From positions 1,228,987 to 1,252,044 of the forward strand of contig NW_006922148.1 of NCBI RefSeq assembly GCF_000298275.1: a stretch of 23,058 bases of DNA, in the 5' to 3' direction. The notes under the pieces are model-generated. The model did not search any database. It was not told where the DNA came from and worked only from the letters and a program-made list of their open reading frames with translations. This DNA comes from Orycteropus afer (Eukaryota). Below, piece after piece: positions 19,255 through 23,058 of the stretch; positions within the stretch are counted from its first letter, which is position 1, and every line of letters begins with the position of its first letter. The translations under genes were made by a program, and so were the position numbers.

Positions 19255-19451
19255 GGATCTCTGGTAGTGTAGTGCCTGAGACATTTGACTGCTAACCAGA
19301 AGGCTAGGGGTTCAAACCCACCAGACACTCCTTGAGAGGAATGTCAGGCAATCTACTTCGTAGTGATACCGCCTCGGAAGCCCAGGGAGGGGTCTCTATG
19401 AGTTAGATCCGACTCGATGGAAGTGAGTTTGTTGTTTGTTTTAGTTTATTA
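19255..19451 (+). mobile_element. AfroSINE-type SINE (copy L) with the second-subfamily tail ('...GACTCGATGGAAGTGAGTTTGTTGTTTGTTTTAGTTTATT').
   Basis: 'GGATCTCTGGTAGTGTAGTGCCTGAGACATTTGACTGCTAACCAGAAGGCTAGGGGTTCAAACCCACCAGACACTCC...GGTCTCTATGAGTTAGATCCGACTCGATGGAAGTGAGTTTG'. Confidence 0.8.
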
Positions 19452-19453
19452 AT

Positions 19454-19547
19454 TGTTGTTGTTATGTGCCATCGAGTTGAACCCGACTCATAGCAACCCC
19501 TCCTTGGGTTTCTGAGGCAGTATCACGACAGAAGTACATTGCCCCAT
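19454..19547 (-). mobile_element. AfroSINE 3' half (copy M), 5'-truncated. It abuts copy L tail to tail in inverted orientation.
   Basis: 'TTGTTGTTGTTATGTGCCATCGAGTTGAACCCGACTCATAGCAACCCCTCCTTGGGTTTCTGAGGCAGTATCACGACAGAAGTACATTGCCCCAT'. Confidence 0.8.
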
Positions 19548-20729
19548 TAGTTCGTTACTATGAGGGGTTAATGTGCATCAAATGGATGTGATAATATACA
19601 TTTAAATGCATTTTATTGAAATATAATTTATGTACACTGAAATACACAGAATTAAAGTGACATGGGTCAGTGCTTTTTTTTTTTTTTTTGCAATGTTCTC
19701 TCCTTTGCCCTCCCACACCTGGCAACCAACAAAGAAAGTTTCCCTCCATATATAAACCTTTCCTTGACCCCCCACAACAATGAACTAAAACTATATTTGT
19801 CCTTCTGTGATTGACTTATTTTACTCAGAATAATATCCTCCAAGTTCATCCATGTTATGCATGTTTTTGCAGACTCTACATTATTGTTTAGTGTTGCATA
19901 GCATTGTATGTACCATAGTTTGGTCATCCATTCTTACATTGATGGGCATATAGGTTGTTTCCATCTTTTTGTTATTGTGAATAGTGCTGCAATGAACATG
20001 GGTGTGTATATATCTGTTCCTGTCCTGGCTCTCATCCCTCTAGGATATATCCCAGTAGTGGGATTGTTGGGTCAAATGTTATCTCCTATTCCAGATTTCT
20101 AAGGAATTGCTATACTGCTTTCCACAGTGGTTGTATCACTTCACAGTCCCATCAGCAGTGTATGAGAGTCCCAATCTCTCCACATCCCTGCCAGCATTTG
20201 AACTTTGCCATCAGTGCTGGGGTGCTATGGAATCTCATTGTTGTTTTGATTTGCATCTCTCTGATGGCCAGTGATCGTGAGTATCTCTTCATGTATTTGC
20301 TAGCCACCTGAATATCCTCCTTGCTGAAGTATCTATTCATGTCTTCTGCCCATTTTTCAATTGGATTTTTAATTCCTTTGCTGTCGAGGCACTGGAGTTT
20401 TCTATAAACCTTAGAGATAAGTCCCTTGGCAGATAAATAATTATCAGCAAATATGGATTTGTTGCTGTCATTTTTGTTACGTGCTTTTTTGTGGTATTGA
20501 TTTCTTTATTCCATATAATTTTCTATGCTGAGCTCATTTTGTTTATGAATTGTGTTATCATTTCCTTTGTTGCTATTATTTTAGTATTTGCTAAATATTT
20601 GTGCTGGTCCTCTTTTTTATTTTGATGTGGAGGTGTATCATTTTTCTTTGAGGTTACCCTGTGCTTTATAGTTTTCTTCCCAAGTTCAGAAAAGTCCATT
20701 CTATCTGGTAGTTGTCTTGACTTCCCTAG

Positions 20730-21224
20730 TGTGTTAGACTGGGTTCTCTGGAGAAACAAAACCAGTAAAGCTTACATATATAGAGAAAAAGAAAGTTATC
20801 TTAGCAAAATGGCTGACACACTTATAGAAGCTGGCAAGTCCAAAGTTCTTGGATCAAATGTCAAGCTTTTCCCGACTCATGCAGCTGCAGAGGCTTTGGC
20901 GCTCAAGGTTGGCAGGCAGTATGCTGGCCGTTGACTCTAGCGAATGACGAATTCAAGATCTCCAGGCTGAGTGGTGGGTTGTTCACTCACGGACAGTTGT
21001 AAGCAGCACAACAGAATCCCGATCCACAGAAGAATGTCTCTTTTCCCAGAGTGTCCATAAATATACTGGAAGCAGGCCACACCCCTAGGGAAACTCCCTT
21101 TCAATGGATTGGCTGCCCAAAACATACATGTCTGATCCCATCATTGGAGAAACCCACATCACAATTGCTTAAACCACACAGAATTGTGCTCCAGGCAAGT
21201 TGACCCACAGCTCCAACTATCACA
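20730..21224 (-). mobile_element. Solo MaLR-type LTR (MST/MLT-like) inserted in the half-L1, with TG...CA termini and a ~5-bp TSD CCTAG/CCTAC. The site is empty in paralog copy 1.
   Basis: The + strand starts 'TGTGTTAGACTGGGTTCTCTGGAGAAACAAAACCAGTAAAGCTTACATATATAGAG...GGCAAGTCCAAAG' (the reverse complement of the MaLR 3' end '...TTGGACTTGCC...TATATAT...GGTTCTGTTTCTCTGGAGAACCCTGACTAATACA', from memory). It ends '...GGCAAGTTGACCCACAGCTCCAACTATCACA' (the reverse complement of the MaLR 5' 'TGTGATAGTTGGAGCTGTGGGTCAACTTGCC'). Confidence 0.7.
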
Positions 21225-21278
21225 CCTACCATCTAGATGTTCTGTAATGACACAGATTTTTTCCCCTTTTTGGCTTGT

Positions 21279-21468
21279 TGTTGTTGTTGATGTTATGTGC
21301 CCTCGAGTCAGCCCTGACTCATAGCGACCCCTCCTTGGGTTTCCGAGGCAGTATCACTACGGAAGTAGGATTGCCTAACCTTCCTTCCGAGGAGTGGCTG
21401 GTGGGTTTGAACCGCCAGCCTTCTGGTTAGCAGTCAAGTGCCTTAGCTACTATGCTACCAGAGCTCCC
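21279..21468 (-). mobile_element. AfroSINE-type SINE (copy N) inserted in the half-L1 with an 11-bp TSD TTTTGGCTTGT (21268-21278 and 21469-21479).
   Basis: '(TGT)n GATGTTATGTGCCCTCGAGTCAGCCCTGACTCATAGCGACCCCTCC...CTACTATGCTACCAGAGCTCCC'. The flanking direct repeats are identical. Confidence 0.9.
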
Positions 21469-21489
21469 TTTTGGCTTGTAGTTGTCCTC

Positions 21490-22593
21490 ATTTGTCAATT
21501 GATGTCTCTGGTTCCCTGTTTACAGTCTTGTAGGCTTATTTACTTTGTATACTTCCATAGCTGGGTTGGTTTCTGGGTTATATCATCATGTGTTAATGGT
21601 CATTGTTATTGCTTCTCTGTCCAAGGGGCTCCCTTTAGCATCTCTTCTAAGGTTGATCTGGTTTTAATAAATCTCCTTCATTTCTGCTTATCTACAAATG
21701 TCCTAATTTCCCCCATCATATTTGAGGGATAATTTTGTTTGGTACATAATTCTTGGTTGGAATTTTTTCTTTTTCACGGTTTTATATGTACCATCCCATT
21801 GTCTTCTCTTCTGCATGGTTTCTGCTGAGAAATCTGAGCTTAGTCTTCTTGGTTGCCCCTTGTAGGTAACTTTTTGTTTCTCCTGTGCTGCTTTGAGGAT
21901 TCTTTATTTGTCTTTGGTTTTGGTGAGTTTGCTGATGATATTTCTTGGTGATTTTCTTTTGGGTTCTGTCCTGTTTTGGGTTCGTTGGACTTCCTGAATG
22001 GATATATTCTTATCTTTCATCCTACCAGAAAAATTCTGTTCCAACAAATCTTCTACAATTTTCTCTGTGGTTTTATTTGTCTCTTCCTGTTCTGGAATTC
22101 CGATTACATGTAGGTTGTTCCTTTTTATGGTATCCCACATGAACCTTAAGCTTTTTTCATTTTGTTTTGATCTTTTTTTTTTCTGATTGATCCCTTTCCA
22201 AAGAAGTATTGAGGTACTTGCCTTCAATCTTACTAATTCTCTCTTCAAGTGATTCAATTCTAATCCTTTGCCCATCTTATCTATTTTTGAAAATTTAATA
22301 TTAATCTTCTGGATTTCTGTGCATAGATTTTGTATCATTTCTAATTTTTCATTGATTTTGTCATTTTGTTGTATTGTCTTTCAGAATTTTTCTAGGGTTT
22401 TCTCTGTGTTTTCCTTGATCTGCCTCTCAATTTGTTGAAAATACCTAAATATAATTCTTTTGAATTCCTTATGAGGGAGTTCCAGTGCTGCATCTTCCTC
22501 AGGGATGTGTTTTGGGTCTGTATCCTGCCTTGTTTCTCCTGCTTTATCTTGCTTCTTTGTGTGGACTGTGGTGCTCTGTTGTTTCTGAGGCAT
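21490..22593 (-). pseudogene. L1 ORF1p-like coding region of the half-L1. It is disrupted (an in-frame stop near 21895 and a frame break near 22340-22380).
   Basis: Minus-strand translations: 'EFKRIIFRYFQQIERQIKENTEKTLEKF' (coiled-coil part), 'WDTIKRNNLHVIGIPEQEE...LLEQNFSGRMKDKNISIQEVQRTQNRTEPKRKSPRNIISKLTKTKDK*RILKAAQEKQKVTYKGQPRRLSSDFSAETMQARRQW'. These match human ORF1p 'WDYVKRPNLRLIGVPESDV...IIQENFPNLARQANIQIQEIQRTPQRYSSRRATPRHIIVRFTKVEMKEKMLRAAREKGRVTLKGKPIRLTADLSAETLQARREW' (from memory). Confidence 0.8.
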
Positions 22594-23058
22594 TGTGACA
22601 TTTTAGTGTTTATATTTAATTGGTGATTTTATGTTGGAGTGACTTGCCCACGATTTTCATTTTCTTTGTTTTGATTTTATGTTATCTATGTAAGCAGGGT
22701 ATTGTGCTGTGCTCCTCTGTTCACTAGTTAACAGCACTTATACACTCACCACATGTCTCCTTTTTTGTTGTCAGCCTCTCATATGTCCCTGTCGACCATG
22801 GCAAACAGAGCCTATTCTTAGGTCCCTGTAATCCGAATGACAATGCTATGACTTTAAAATCCAAATGGCCACCACTTATAAACATTCAAAATGGCTGTAC
22901 CCTTGCTCACTTTAAATATTCAAAATGGCTGCCACATGTAAACAAATGCCTGCACTGTCCAGAGTGCGGAATGTCTACAACTCAGGTTGTCTTCCTCCTT
23001 GCTGTTTCTCTTCCTAGTCATAGGCCTCCAGAGCAGTTGTCCCTGTAGCCCTTGGTGA

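Larger units (their letters stand above)
19676..23058 (-). mobile_element. Half-L1 (HAL1-like) LINE-1 derivative, paralog copy 2. On the minus strand it runs 5'UTR with short tandem repeats (~22600-23058), ORF1 (~21490-22593), a direct junction to an ORF2 C-terminal remnant plus 3'UTR (19692-20729) and poly-A (a T-run at 19676-19691 on the + strand). It has no ORF2 endonuclease/RT. It is interrupted by a solo LTR (20730-21224) and an AfroSINE (21279-21468). It extends beyond the window end.
   Basis: Antisense L1 3' signatures: 'TTCTGCCCATTTTTCAATTGGATTTTTAATTCCTTTGCTGTCGAGGCACTGGAGTTTTCTATAAACCTTAGAGATAAGTCCCTTGGCAGATA' and 'TATGTACCATAGTTTGGTCATCCATTCTTACATTGATGGGCATATAGGTTGTTTCCATCTTTTTGTTATTGTGAATAGTGCTGCAATGAACATGGGTGTGTATATATC'. 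ORF1 pieces on the minus strand match L1 ORF1p. The same ORF2-remnant to ORF1 junction occurs in copy 1 (141-663), so the ORF2 loss is ancestral to both copies. Confidence 0.55.

Noticed and set aside
1-23058. Regularly recurring ~185-bp near-identical repeats, which could be mistaken for CRISPR repeats or a tandem array in a prokaryotic system.
   Set aside because: They are dispersed in both orientations, each with its own target-site duplication and (CAA)n tail. They are tRNA-derived SINE retroposons in a mammalian intron. There are no short direct repeats with unique spacers, and no cas-like or other prokaryotic ORFs.

Overview
This window is a repeat-dense mammalian intronic region, not a prokaryotic locus. 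It carries the retroposon set typical of Afrotheria (elephant, manatee, hyrax lineage): at least 15 copies or fragments of tRNA-derived AfroSINE-type SINEs in both orientations, three degraded RTE/BovB-type LINE copies, LINE-1 material including an ORF1-only 'half-L1' architecture present twice, two solo MaLR-type LTRs with 5-bp target-site duplications (TSDs), an old MIR, a MER-type palindromic DNA-transposon fragment and a short (TA)n microsatellite. There are no CRISPR arrays, operons or rRNA/tRNA genes. The periodic ~190-bp repeats are SINEs. The only convincing host-gene signal is a pair of in-frame exons on the + strand (9186-9317 and 10057-10143) with strong splice sites, encoding the conserved core of a VIT domain (VWA5A/ITIH/PARP4 family). 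The rest of the window is therefore best read as introns of that gene. The most informative structure is the set of nested retrotransposition events with exact TSDs. An RTE fragment splits an AfroSINE, AfroSINEs sit inside RTE, L1 and half-L1 copies, and an LTR plus a SINE sit inside the second half-L1 while its paralog shows the empty site. RTE and AfroSINE share a 3' tail within the window, two SINE tail subfamilies are present, and there are several closely spaced inverted SINE pairs that could form dsRNA in the pre-mRNA. There is also a polyadenylated ~500-bp retroposed insert of unknown identity with a 16-bp TSD. All coordinates are hand-counted and approximate to within a few bp. Family names (AfroSINE, RTE/BovB, HAL1, MaLR, MER) are recognition from memory, not database hits.
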